Below, in pieces: positions 9,279-19,230 of a DNA stretch of 64,000 nucleotides. The notes below the pieces were generated by a model. It made no database searches. It had not been told where the DNA came from and was given only the letters and a program-made list of their open reading frames with translations. The position numbers were made by a program, and so were the translations under genes. Position 1 is the first letter of the stretch, and each line of letters opens with the position of its first letter. The DNA comes from Candidatus Thorarchaeota archaeon (GTDB taxonomy: Archaea; Asgardarchaeota; Thorarchaeia; Thorarchaeales; Thorarchaeaceae). Location: contig JAEOUG010000027.1 in assembly GCA_016839445.1 (NCBI GenBank), positions 1 through 64,000 of the forward strand. The letters are read 5' to 3'.

Positions 9279-10481
9279 ATGGTGTGCAGAAAGATACTCT
9301 CCATACTCATTCTGATGGGATTCCTCCTCTTGCCAGGAGCAACGACAACGGCTCAAGGAGAAGCAACGCCTGCGAGCGTTGCCCGCGAATACTGGCCGAC
9401 GGAGCAGTGGTTGAATACGACTCCTGAAGAGCAGGGAATGAACTTCGATGACCTGGACCGGATTGATGAAGTAATCACAGAAGAGGGCATAGAGATCGAC
9501 TCAGCAGTTGTGGTCAAGAACGGATACATAGTCTACGAGAAGTACTATGGGTACTGGAGCCAATACATGGTCCATACCATCCAATCATGTACGAAGAGCT
9601 TCATGTCAGCCCTCATCGGCGTCGCGATAGACAAGGGATACATCGACAATGTAAGCCAACCGATTCTTGATTTCTTCCCTGGCTACATAATCGATAATTG
9701 GGACCCTCGGAAGGAGAACATAACTCTCTTCCACTGCCTGACCATGTCAACCGGCCTGGAGTTTCATGAAGTGGACATTCCCTATGAAGATCCTGAGAAT
9801 GATCTATTTGCTATGTACAGAAGCGGCGACATGTGGCAATACGTCCTAGACTGCCCGATGCAAAATGACCCTGGTGAGCATTGGTCCTACAACTCTGGTG
9901 GCATAGAGCTCCTAGGAGGGGCGATAGAGCACGCCACTGGGTATGAGGTTGCAGATTTCGCCGAGCAGTTCTTGTTCGACCCTATTGGCATCGACTATTT
10001 CCAGTGGTGGCGCGAGCCAAACAGTAACCAGTATGGATGCGGTGGCGGACTTCGCCTAACACCACGAGATATGGCACGCTTCGGTTTCCTCTATCTCAAC
10101 AACGGGACATGGAATGATACGCAAGTCATCTCATCAGAATGGGTAGAAGCATCAACGCAGATGTACTACGATACTGGTGCATGGTACGAGTACGGCATGA
10201 CCTGGTGGGGAGTACCAGGATATGAATTCTATGAGGCAACAGGCCACTACGAGCAGAAGATCTACGTGCTACCTGAAGAAGACATCGTGGTGGTGTTCAC
10301 GGGCGACGTTCAGGATGAGGACTGGCACCCTACGGATTGGTTTGTGATGGAGTGTGTGTTATCGTCGGCGGCGGGTAACTCATTCTGGCCAGGGCCAGCG
10401 ACGGTCATTGGTCTGTCCATCCTTCTAGCACTAGTCCTACCTGCTCCAATTGTCTATGGCAGACATAGACTGATGCAATAG
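9279..10481 (+). CDS. Secreted, membrane-anchored serine hydrolase (beta-lactamase class C / AmpC-like family)
   Basis: Signal peptide; SxxK (SCTK), YNS, LTPRDMARFG; C-terminal TM. Confidence 0.9.
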   Translation: MVCRKILSILILMGFLLLPGATTTAQGEATPASVAREYWPTEQWLNTTPEEQGMNFDDLDRIDEVITEEGIEIDSAVVVKNGYIVYEKYYGYWSQYMVHTIQSCTKSFMSALIGVAIDKGYIDNVSQPILDFFPGYIIDNWDPRKENITLFHCLTMSTGLEFHEVDIPYEDPENDLFAMYRSGDMWQYVLDCPMQNDPGEHWSYNSGGIELLGGAIEHATGYEVADFAEQFLFDPIGIDYFQWWREPNSNQYGCGGGLRLTPRDMARFGFLYLNNGTWNDTQVISSEWVEASTQMYYDTGAWYEYGMTWWGVPGYEFYEATGHYEQKIYVLPEEDIVVVFTGDVQDEDWHPTDWFVMECVLSSAAGNSFWPGPATVIGLSILLALVLPAPIVYGRHRLMQ

Positions 10482-10543
10482 GTTCCCACCGACGCTGCTG
10501 CCCCTGAATTGAGAAAGGCACACATTCAGCGGCAGTAGAGGAA

Positions 10544-10993
10544 CTAGAAGCGCTGCGCTCCCCAGGGACCCTTGTATTCGAGTATGAAGATGATGGCTGC
10601 CACAATGCCCAGAATGCCACCTAGGATTCCGGGGACGAGTCCAACGAATAGCTCTGTTCCAATAAGCTCAGCTCCAATCAGGAGGACAAGGATGATTGAA
10701 ACAACTCCACCTGCGATTCCGAAACAGGGTGCGCACTGCATGCTTTGACCCGAGTCTTTGTACTCCCTGACGGTCGAGTGCCCTCCTACCTCATATTCTC
10801 TATTCACAACGTAGATGTCAGAGAGCTTCCCGACCCAAGCTATACCAGCCCCGATGAACATGATGATAACAAATGCCACACCGAGAATTGCCCCGTTGAT
10901 ATCGCTAAAGACTGCGAGGCTGACTACCATCTGTACGACGAACATCAATGCTGAGAGTACGTAGATGAATGCTGCTTTCTTTGATCCAGCCAT
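10544..10993 (-). CDS. Small 4-TM membrane protein
   Basis: Four hydrophobic helices; a CAPC motif in the loop region. Confidence 0.7.
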   Translation of the reverse strand: MAGSKKAAFIYVLSALMFVVQMVVSLAVFSDINGAILGVAFVIIMFIGAGIAWVGKLSDIYVVNREYEVGGHSTVREYKDSGQSMQCAPCFGIAGGVVSIILVLLIGAELIGTELFVGLVPGILGGILGIVAAIIFILEYKGPWGAQRF

Positions 10994-11089
10994 GTAACAG
11001 ACCTCAATCTCGGCAGGACCGAAGCACGATATATGTGCTCAGGCACAGAAAAGCGAGCCCTTATCACGTCATTCAACGTAGGTATGGAT

Positions 11090-11314
11090 ATGAGCGATGA
11101 GCCCTGCCCGGAGTGTGGCAGCAAGGAGAAGCAGGTGAGGTACAATAAGTGGCATGTGAAAGAGGTCTACTGCGCAGAGTGCCATTCTTGCCTGAACAGC
11201 GACGAGGTTCAGGAACGTACCCGCCTTGCCGAGCAGGCTGCAAAGGATGGCAGACTGAACGAGTTCTGGGAGGGCAGAAATCACCCACTTGACACCTCAG
11301 AAAGAAAGGAGTGA
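11090..11314 (+). CDS. Small zinc-ribbon protein
   Basis: CPECG...YCAEC; start could be 11084 or 11090. Confidence 0.7.
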   Translation: MSDEPCPECGSKEKQVRYNKWHVKEVYCAECHSCLNSDEVQERTRLAEQAAKDGRLNEFWEGRNHPLDTSERKE

Positions 11315-11446
11315 ATCCTTGGTTAGCGCTCCATACTACTTCTCGCCATGTACGTGGTTGCGAACACTGATATGTCGCATTACGCAACCAATGGCCCACA
11401 CCAGGAAGCATCTGGCCTTGCAGAGATTCGACTGGAGGAGAAGCTA

Positions 11447-12874
11447 TTGATAGATGATCTGAAGAAATGCGTGAGAATCGGCGAGAGCCTCGGAGCTGAC
11501 TTCGTTGAAGCTAGGTATGAAGACCTCAGCTTGAGGACTCTTGAGCGCACTGACGAAACCTGGAAGGAGATACAGGTGAAGTCAAGGATGGGGTTCGCCA
11601 TAACAAGCTACGTCGATGGAGTCACTGGGTTCTCCTTCACTCCCAGCTCTGAAATCTCGGAGCTGAGAAGCGCCGCCGAGCGGTCCTACACCATGGCGAA
11701 GGCCTCAGCGGTAGCGGCCAAACTGAAGCTACCCTTCGAGGCTGAACCACCAGTCAAGTCCAAGGGCTCTGATACAGCGGAGGTGAAGATACACCCCCGC
11801 GAAGTCTCGCTGGAAGAGAAGACAGAACTCGTGAATCGAATAGTTGAGGCCTCAAGGCAGCATGGAGAGAACGTGAGGAACATCCGAGGTCTCTACGGAG
11901 AACTCCATGGAAGCAAGATGCTTGTCAACTCAGACGGTTCTGAGATTGACTGGAGCTTCCTGGTCGTGGACTTGAGGTGTATGGTCGTGTCCGCCACGAT
12001 TGCTGGAAACATGGTCCTTGGCGTGGACGGCAAGGGAGGCACGTACGGTCTCGAGATATTCAAGACCGATGAGTTCAGCCCCGAAACTATGGGAGCGAAT
12101 GCAGGAACCAGAGCGAAGGAGCAACTCGAAGCCAAACCCTGCCCGGCCGGCAAGTTCAGAACGCTGATTGATGAGACCCTGGTTGGAGTCCTTGCGCATG
12201 AGTCATTTGGGCACTTAAGCGAGGCTGATTTCGTTGTACGGGAGACCTCGCCCCTGACGGGTAAGATCGGGAAGAACATCGGAAGTGAGCAGACCACAAT
12301 CATTGATGGGGGCAGGATTGATGTCAAGGAGACTGGAGGACTCTGGTTGCCCTACGACGACCAAGGCACTCCCACGGGCAAGACGACTATCCTAGAGAAA
12401 GGAGTCCTCAAGCACTACTTGCATAATCGTGGAACGGCCGCCAAGCTTGGGCAGAAACCTACAGGAAACGCACGAGCCGTAAGCTTCGTCTTCCCTCCGA
12501 TTCCCAGAATGACGAACACGTACTTCGCACCCGGAAACCTTGCTGGAGAAGACGAGGCTACAGAAGTGCTAGGCAATGGAATCTACGCAGTCCAAACACA
12601 GGGGGGTCAAGTACAGAGCGACGGATCCTTCCTATTCAAGGCCATTCGCGGATACGTCGTAGAGAAGGGAGAGATCAAGCATCCTATTCGGGAGGTCTCT
12701 CTCTCAGGCAACATCCTGAGTCTCTTGAAGCACGTTGAGGCTGGCACGAGGAAGGTCATTATCAGATCCGGGTACTTCGGTGGGTGCGGCAAGGGGGACC
12801 AATCCCCACTTCCAACAGGGATTGGCGGGCCCATGCTTGTTGTAGATGAGGTAACATTTGGAGGTGCTGCCTAA
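11447..12874 (+). CDS. tldD: TldD metalloprotease subunit
   Basis: HESFGHLSEAD, PYDDQG, PIPRMTNT, CGKG; TTG start after GGAGG. Confidence 0.92.
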   Translation: MIDDLKKCVRIGESLGADFVEARYEDLSLRTLERTDETWKEIQVKSRMGFAITSYVDGVTGFSFTPSSEISELRSAAERSYTMAKASAVAAKLKLPFEAEPPVKSKGSDTAEVKIHPREVSLEEKTELVNRIVEASRQHGENVRNIRGLYGELHGSKMLVNSDGSEIDWSFLVVDLRCMVVSATIAGNMVLGVDGKGGTYGLEIFKTDEFSPETMGANAGTRAKEQLEAKPCPAGKFRTLIDETLVGVLAHESFGHLSEADFVVRETSPLTGKIGKNIGSEQTTIIDGGRIDVKETGGLWLPYDDQGTPTGKTTILEKGVLKHYLHNRGTAAKLGQKPTGNARAVSFVFPPIPRMTNTYFAPGNLAGEDEATEVLGNGIYAVQTQGGQVQSDGSFLFKAIRGYVVEKGEIKHPIREVSLSGNILSLLKHVEAGTRKVIIRSGYFGGCGKGDQSPLPTGIGGPMLVVDEVTFGGAA

Positions 12875-14268
12875 TGGAGTTCGATGATGCAAAGGATGCG
12901 CTTCTCGCGGGAGCGGACACAGCTCTCAAGTATGCACGCGCCCTAGAGAAGAGTGCAGAGTTTGAAATCTTCGTCAGCTATGAGAGCGCTGCAGAGGCCT
13001 CGATACGTCAAGGAATCGTTACTGCCAAGGACGGCCCTCTTGCGGGGAACGCGGTCAGAGTAGCACTGGGGAGGAGAGTCGGGTTTGCCTGTGGGACTGG
13101 AGTAGATTCTGAGAGGCTGAAGCATAGCGTCAGAGAAGCCCTCGAAGTTGTGAGAGCCGTTGATGTGGAGGACTCACGCTTCGTATCTTTCTGCGATCCT
13201 AAGAAGCCAGGAAAGGAGTCGAGTTTCAGCAAGGAAATCCTCGAGCTTCAGACTGAGGACCTGATACGCGACGCTGAGTCCCTGGTCCAAGACGCATCAA
13301 GCGTGGACGAACGCATCGGATCGGTTTCAGGGGCAGCTTCCCGCGTCTGGGGAGCATACGCCGTGGGTAACACCAGAGGCGTCATGGCCGCGACAAGGTA
13401 CGGATACTGCGATTGCAGTGCGTCCGTTCAGGCGGTCAGTGGTGAGGAACGGCGCGGAGGAGCGGACTTCGATGTGGCTGTAGACAGAAAATACATGACA
13501 GACGGAATAGGCAGGAATGCCTCGGAGGAGGCGCTCAGCCTCCTGGGAGCCAAGAAGCTCGATCTGACCGAGAAGATGGTGACAGTCTGGACGTACATAC
13601 CGGCAGCGACATACATTCTAGCAGGCCTGGCAAGGTCAGTGCTAGGCAACTCGATCGTTGAGAAGACATCTCCGCTATGTGACAGGATGGGTGACAGGAT
13701 AGGGCCTTCGACCCTCAACATAACCGACAACGGACAGAGCACAACAGGACTGGGCACAAACACCATTGATGGAGAGGGTGTCCCCCAGAGAACCACTCCT
13801 CTAATCGAAAACGGGATTCTGAAGAGCTTCCTCTTTGATCAATACTATGGGAACGCCTTCGACACAGAATCGACGGGCAACTCTGACAGGACTGGTGGAC
13901 CATTCCGAGACAGCACTCCATACGAGACTGCTCCCTCAGTATCTGCGAAGTGGCTAGAGATCAGTCCAGGCGCAAAGAGCGAGGAACAGGTAATATCAGA
14001 GATTGACGGGCGTGCAGTTCTCATCAAGAACTTCCCTCTTGGGATATTCCACACTGAAGTAGCGACGGGCGAGTTCTCGGTGGTGGCAAACTCGGCGTAT
14101 CTGGTAGAAAGAGGAGAAGTGAAGCATTCCATAGAGCCTGTGTCGATATCGGGCAACTTCTATGAGGGACTCAAGAACCTCGTGGCAATAGCCTCGAATG
14201 TCCGAGCCCTCCCATGGAACATTGCCGCACCTACACTTGTCTTCGACGGCTTCAGCGTGACGAGCTAG
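12874..14268 (+). CDS. tldE: TldE/PmbA subunit
   Basis: IDGEGVP, LIENGIL, TGEFS, no HExxH; coupled to tldD. Confidence 0.9.
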   Translation: MEFDDAKDALLAGADTALKYARALEKSAEFEIFVSYESAAEASIRQGIVTAKDGPLAGNAVRVALGRRVGFACGTGVDSERLKHSVREALEVVRAVDVEDSRFVSFCDPKKPGKESSFSKEILELQTEDLIRDAESLVQDASSVDERIGSVSGAASRVWGAYAVGNTRGVMAATRYGYCDCSASVQAVSGEERRGGADFDVAVDRKYMTDGIGRNASEEALSLLGAKKLDLTEKMVTVWTYIPAATYILAGLARSVLGNSIVEKTSPLCDRMGDRIGPSTLNITDNGQSTTGLGTNTIDGEGVPQRTTPLIENGILKSFLFDQYYGNAFDTESTGNSDRTGGPFRDSTPYETAPSVSAKWLEISPGAKSEEQVISEIDGRAVLIKNFPLGIFHTEVATGEFSVVANSAYLVERGEVKHSIEPVSISGNFYEGLKNLVAIASNVRALPWNIAAPTLVFDGFSVTS

Positions 14269-14401
14269 GCGGGCCTCCTAGGTGCATGGGAACGACGCTC
14301 CACTAGGCATTCTAAACCCAAGTCCTTTGCTTCAACTGCTGACAATCCTTTTCAACAAGGTACGACAGTATATTGTCAAGCAGAAAAGGAGGAATCAAAG
14401 G

Positions 14402-14617
14402 ATGACAGAAGAGAGTGTCTACAAATACATCGAACTCACCGGCGTAAGTGCGAAGAGCTGGGAGCAAGCAATGGAGAATGCGATAAACAAAGCCGCAGTA
14501 AGTCTGAGAGATCTCAGAGTGGCGGAAGTAATCCGCCAAGATGTTAGGCTTGAGAACAACAGGATTGCAGAGTATCGAGTTCGAATTAAACTGAGCTTCA
14601 AGTACGAGAAGGAGTAG
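14402..14617 (+). CDS. Dodecin (flavin-binding)
   Basis: SVYKYIELTGVSAKSWEQA...YRVRIKLSF. Confidence 0.92.
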   Translation: MTEESVYKYIELTGVSAKSWEQAMENAINKAAVSLRDLRVAEVIRQDVRLENNRIAEYRVRIKLSFKYEKE

Positions 14618-14648
14618 AAGGCGGACCTTCTACTCTTCCAGTCTTTTT
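14612..14648 (+). terminator. Perfect 10-bp hairpin plus U-rich tract after dodecin
   Basis: GAGTAGAAGG-CGGA-CCTTCTACTC, then TTCCAGTCTTTTT. Confidence 0.65.
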
Positions 14649-14675
14649 CAGTTTCAGCGCTGAGTAATCGGGACT

Positions 14676-15344
14676 TTAGAATGGACGGTGGCTGAAGAGC
14701 TGCACCTTGGCAACGTCCTGTGTGACTTGCTTGTGCCTCTTGGCTTCTTTCTGTCCAGGAGTCTTGACGGCCTCGTCCATACCAAGCTTGAGGTCTTCCT
14801 TGGTCACGTTGAGTTTGATAACATCAGTAATCGTTTCTATGGTGTCACCAGGGACAACAACATCGACATCGCTCTTCATGCCAAGGCCCTCTAGCAGTTC
14901 CTCGATGAAGCCGCCTCCAACGATGAGAGAAGCGGCGCCCTCCACATCGAAGTCGACATCGACTGCTCGACCAATCTTGGCGCCATCCTTGTCAATTATG
15001 TCCATCTTTCGGAACTCGGAGAGTCTTATTTCTTCATCACTGATTGCACAATCGTCAAGCGTCGTCTTCAAGCTGTTGACAGACGTATTCAAGCTGACCT
15101 TCGCGTCTATCTTCTCTATTAGTGAAGCATCAAAGATCGGGTCCTTATCTGGTCGGGCACCAATCGATTCCATAAGCTCCTCCCATGCGGAGCCCCCAAG
15201 TATGAACTGCGTGAGTTTCAGCTGTCCGTCAAAAACGAACGTCATGTCGCTGATGCTGCCGATCTTCTTACCGGTAGAATCCAGCACATCCGATTTCATC
15301 AAATCCCTGCAGCAGATTGACTTTGCCACCTTCAAGAGTGCCAC
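14676..15344 (-). CDS. Tandem PRC-barrel domain protein
   Basis: Two repeats: DVLDSTGKKIGSISDMTF and DIIDKDGAKIGRAVDVDFD, each followed by xxGG. Confidence 0.85.
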   Translation of the reverse strand: MALLKVAKSICCRDLMKSDVLDSTGKKIGSISDMTFVFDGQLKLTQFILGGSAWEELMESIGARPDKDPIFDASLIEKIDAKVSLNTSVNSLKTTLDDCAISDEEIRLSEFRKMDIIDKDGAKIGRAVDVDFDVEGAASLIVGGGFIEELLEGLGMKSDVDVVVPGDTIETITDVIKLNVTKEDLKLGMDEAVKTPGQKEAKRHKQVTQDVAKVQLFSHRPF

Positions 15345-15472
15345 CTGACATGGACCTGATTACAACAGTCAGTTAAAGGCTTCGGAAGGCACTCAGTCAC
15401 ATGGCTGCTATTCTTCGAAGAATACGTTAAACGTCGCTTTGATATATTTCTACGACGATGTATTACTGGTGA

Positions 15473-16105
15473 ATGAGGTTGGGTTCGAGCGTTTCCTCAA
15501 TACCGGATTGGCAGGTGCCCGGGAGAGTTCTGGTGCGACCCCTCGAGGCCTACAGCCATCTGAGGAATATGCCAGTGAAGAAGAGCATTCTCTACATCAT
15601 GGTTCTTGGGATGATCACTTCTGTCGCTTCAGGTCTGCTCTCCTCCCTGGGATACGTAGACTACCAGAATCCAAGTAATTGCGGCGGAAGTGCGCAAATC
15701 TTCGCACACTGGCTCACGTATTCTTGGCTAGGCGAAACATCTTGGCCACAGGCCACTGTGGTCTTTGTCATTGCCAACGAAGCGGGTTACCTGATACTCG
15801 CGGCTCTGTCCGGGCCACTCCTTGCTGGTCTTGCAGTGCTTCTCACGAAGCAGAGTATTGCAGACCTTCTACCTCCGGCGATGGCAGCGGTCTGCTATGG
15901 CATGACCCCAGGGCTCTTGCTCGGATGGATACCGAACCCGTTCTTTGCGATTGGCATCATGGCGTTGATCTATCAGGTTCTGGCCCTATGGAAGATGCTC
16001 GAGCTCACGGGAAGACAAGCAGTCGTGCTGGGAATCCTGTGGCTGGTTCTTCTGGGCGTAGTGCAAGATGCATCATCACTTGTCTTTCAGACCATGTTCG
16101 GGTGA
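15473..16105 (+). CDS. Yip1-domain membrane protein
   Basis: VLVRPLEAYSHL N-terminal signature; AVCYGMTP; about 5 TMs. Confidence 0.65.
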   Translation: MRLGSSVSSIPDWQVPGRVLVRPLEAYSHLRNMPVKKSILYIMVLGMITSVASGLLSSLGYVDYQNPSNCGGSAQIFAHWLTYSWLGETSWPQATVVFVIANEAGYLILAALSGPLLAGLAVLLTKQSIADLLPPAMAAVCYGMTPGLLLGWIPNPFFAIGIMALIYQVLALWKMLELTGRQAVVLGILWLVLLGVVQDASSLVFQTMFG

Positions 16106-16161
16106 GAAACAGGCGCCAGGCTCCATGCAAGATTTAAGGTGCCGTTTCAAACGCAGACCCC

Positions 16162-17376
16162 ATGAGTGAGATTGTTGTTGTCTCAGCATGCCGCAGTGCA
16201 ATCGGTACGTTCGGAGGCTCATTGAAGGACCTTCAAGCCCCTGAGTTGGCTGCTCAAGTCATCAGGGAATGTATTGAACGAGCCGGAATTGATGCATCTG
16301 CTATCGGAGACGTCAGGTTCGGCAACTGCATCGAACCCCCGAAGGCACTGAACTTGGCCAGGGTCTCCGCACTGCTCGCAGGGATACCTTGGACTGTGCC
16401 TGCAGTCACAATCAATAGAGTCTGTACGTCAGCAATGGAGGCCATCATAAGCGGAGCTCTCCAGATTGAGACCGGTTTCACAGACGTGGTCCTTGCAGGT
16501 GGCGTTGAAGCGATGAGCAACGTTCCCTACTGCTTGGAGACTGCAAGGTGGGGCCAGCGACTCTTTGATGGCGTACTCCTTGATGCATTGACGACGGGCC
16601 TTCACGCAGGAAGTCACTTCTTCCCCCACCCTGAAACAGGCAAGGAGTACATCATGGGGGAAACTGCTGAGTTCCTGAATGAGAAACATGGTTTCACACG
16701 CGAAGAACAGGACATCGTTGCACTTCGATCGCACAACAACGCTGAGCGAGCAACCAAGGAAGGAGACTTCGCTGAGGAAATCGTCCCCATAGAAGTCAAG
16801 GGGAGGAAGGGAGACACAACACTCGTAGACAAAGATGAGCACTTCAGACCAGGACTGACGATGGAGGACTTGACCAAGCTGAGACCTGCATTCCGAAAAG
16901 ACGGGACCGTGACAGCAGGCAACTCCAGCGGCATCAACGACGGCGCGGCTGCCATAGTCCTCATGTCGAGGGAGAAGGCGGATGAGCTTGGCATAAAACC
17001 CATCGCTAAGCTGATAGGGTACGGCATGGGATGCAGTGAGCCCCACCTCATGGGCGAGTCCCCCATTGCGGCAGTAACCAATCTCATTGACCGGACAGGA
17101 GAGAGGTTCGATGATTGGGATCTGGTGGAGCTGAACGAGGCCTTCGCGAGCCAGTACCTTGCAGTTGAGAAGGGTCTGAAGAGCATAGGATTCGACCGAG
17201 AGAAGACCAACGTCAACGGCTCCGGAATCGGCTTGGGCCATCCTGTTGGCTGTACAGGAGCAAGAATCGTAGTGACACTACTACATTCCCTCAAGAAGCG
17301 TGGCCTGCATCGGGGAATGGCGACCCTGTGCGGAGGCGGAGGAGTCAGCACGGCTACATCATGGGAGTTATGCTAG
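16162..17376 (+). CDS. Acetyl-CoA C-acyltransferase (thiolase)
   Basis: NRVCTS, NEAFA, GHPVG, LCGGGG. Confidence 0.95.
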   Translation: MSEIVVVSACRSAIGTFGGSLKDLQAPELAAQVIRECIERAGIDASAIGDVRFGNCIEPPKALNLARVSALLAGIPWTVPAVTINRVCTSAMEAIISGALQIETGFTDVVLAGGVEAMSNVPYCLETARWGQRLFDGVLLDALTTGLHAGSHFFPHPETGKEYIMGETAEFLNEKHGFTREEQDIVALRSHNNAERATKEGDFAEEIVPIEVKGRKGDTTLVDKDEHFRPGLTMEDLTKLRPAFRKDGTVTAGNSSGINDGAAAIVLMSREKADELGIKPIAKLIGYGMGCSEPHLMGESPIAAVTNLIDRTGERFDDWDLVELNEAFASQYLAVEKGLKSIGFDREKTNVNGSGIGLGHPVGCTGARIVVTLLHSLKKRGLHRGMATLCGGGGVSTATSWELC

Positions 17377-17379
17377 AAG

Positions 17380-18093
17380 GTGAATCGGATGTCGCGCGCT
17401 GCCGTGAACTCCGAGAACCTCACTCGCCATCTTTCATCCCTGAGAGACCTCAGGAAGACGGCCAGTGAGGAGGAGTGGCTGCAGACTGGTTGGGGTTTCC
17501 TCGAGACCATGGGGCTTGGCGAGTTCTATGGATGCGACATTGACCTTCTGCCAATCATCGAAGGAATCCCTGCGGGATCGGAGTTTGTGGATGTCCGGTG
17601 CTATTTGCAGCATACGCTTGTGGAGGTCCTCCTAGACCATCTTGAAGACGGCGGCAGCACAATCCTTCTGAACACCAAGAAGATGATAGGGACTCCTGCA
17701 GAGGCGCTCATTCCGAAAATAGAGGATCTCCGGAAGAAGGAGATCCGTGGCATCCCAGTCCACATTGAAGGGCGCGAGTTAGTGATCTACAACCTGTACA
17801 TGGAGGAAATCGGCACGGAGATTGAGCCCACAGGAAAAGACCCTGTTCTCCTAGAAGCACTCTGGCGCACTGCTCATGGCAGCAGGCTGCTCTCCAAACT
17901 AGGTGTAGGAATGAGAGCAGACCTGCAGGCTCTGAAAAGGATTGAGAGAGCAATCAACAGGCTTGGAGGCCGCCTAGTACTCTCAACAGATGGTGCTGGA
18001 GACGGCAGGGCCTCAGGCAGCCGGATGTCATCAGCAATGCAATCACTCCTCAAGAAACACTCGCCTGTAGAGTTCCACGGCGATGACGCCTAG
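17380..18093 (+). CDS. Hypothetical protein
   Basis: Long ORF starting 3 nt after the thiolase stop; no recognised motif. Confidence 0.7.
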   Translation: MNRMSRAAVNSENLTRHLSSLRDLRKTASEEEWLQTGWGFLETMGLGEFYGCDIDLLPIIEGIPAGSEFVDVRCYLQHTLVEVLLDHLEDGGSTILLNTKKMIGTPAEALIPKIEDLRKKEIRGIPVHIEGRELVIYNLYMEEIGTEIEPTGKDPVLLEALWRTAHGSRLLSKLGVGMRADLQALKRIERAINRLGGRLVLSTDGAGDGRASGSRMSSAMQSLLKKHSPVEFHGDDA

Positions 18094-18263
18094 GTCCAAG
18101 AATCCATCTTCTTCAATCCGTCAGATGTTTCAGAAAGCTATCAAGTTTCCCGCCAATGTATATAAGTTTGCCTAACAAAGCATCTAGTAGACAAAGGTTT
18201 TTTAAGAAGATGGATTGTATGCCAAACCAACTTGCTTGTTGCCACCAGCTTGAGGAGAGCAAA

Positions 18264-19202
18264 TTGAAAGTCAAATACACTAAGTGGGAAGACGAGAAAG
18301 GCCTCGAGGAGATACAAGCGAAGATCTACACTGAGGCATCAGGGCTTCCTGCAAGACCAGACGAAATTCGACACCGAAACAACGACCGCGGAGCCGATTC
18401 AACGCTCTATGCTTTGACCGAAGATGGTAAGCCGCTGGCTTACGTAACATCCTATCGATATGACGATGGTACAGATAGGGCGGGCATCGGATATCCGTGG
18501 ACGATGAAAGACTGCCCCAAGGAAGCACAGGAGAAAATCTTCGAGGACCTTCTGGGACACCTGAAGTCACAGGATGACATCAAGGAGATACGGACCTCTG
18601 TCACTCTGAGTTCAAAGATCAGGGATGAGCAAATCAAGTTCTTGGAGGAGAAGGGGTTCACCGAGGTTGAACGTGCTTATCGCTACACGTTAGACCTGCC
18701 AATCGATGAAGCCAGTACGATGAAGCTTGATTCCAGGGCGAAGGATCTCAAGAGCAGGGAAGCGACGCTTGAAGACGTTGACACACTGATTGAGGTGACT
18801 CGGTCCGATCCTCAGGTCCGGAATGCCTTTCCCTCTGACGAAGCCTTTAGGGAGTACTTCACCGACAGAGTACTCAGGGACGGTCACTGTGTGATTCTCT
18901 TTGAGGGGAGCAAAGCTGTCGCTGCCAGTGCGCCTCTGAAGCTCCAGCCTGACGGACGTGCCGTCACAGGAGACGAAGAGAGGACCATAATGCGCTTCAC
19001 CGCTGTGCGTCCAGGACATGAGTATGCATGGAAGCGACTCGTTTCTGAGATAGCTAAGAATGCCAAGAAGGCAGGATGGGAAGGGACACCACTCAGAGTT
19101 GGCTACGGTTTCACAGCGGACGGAGTCGTTGCCCAAGGTATCGCAGACCTAAGGCCCGAATTGGAGCCTTACTCCATCGTTTACAGATACGAGAAGGAGT
19201 AG
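18264..19202 (+). CDS. Tandem GNAT-fold protein
   Basis: Two GNAT-like halves (FLEEKGF; SREATLEDVDTL...TAVRPGH); TTG start after GAGGAG. Confidence 0.7.
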   Translation: MKVKYTKWEDEKGLEEIQAKIYTEASGLPARPDEIRHRNNDRGADSTLYALTEDGKPLAYVTSYRYDDGTDRAGIGYPWTMKDCPKEAQEKIFEDLLGHLKSQDDIKEIRTSVTLSSKIRDEQIKFLEEKGFTEVERAYRYTLDLPIDEASTMKLDSRAKDLKSREATLEDVDTLIEVTRSDPQVRNAFPSDEAFREYFTDRVLRDGHCVILFEGSKAVAASAPLKLQPDGRAVTGDEERTIMRFTAVRPGHEYAWKRLVSEIAKNAKKAGWEGTPLRVGYGFTADGVVAQGIADLRPELEPYSIVYRYEKE

Positions 19203-19230
19203 AAGGGGAAACAAGGAGGAGAGCAGACCA

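Noticed and set aside
14707-17351. Long antisense ORFs (14707-15348, 16429-17241, 16614-17351)
   Set aside because: They lie opposite well-supported PRC-barrel and thiolase genes and are codon-bias shadows
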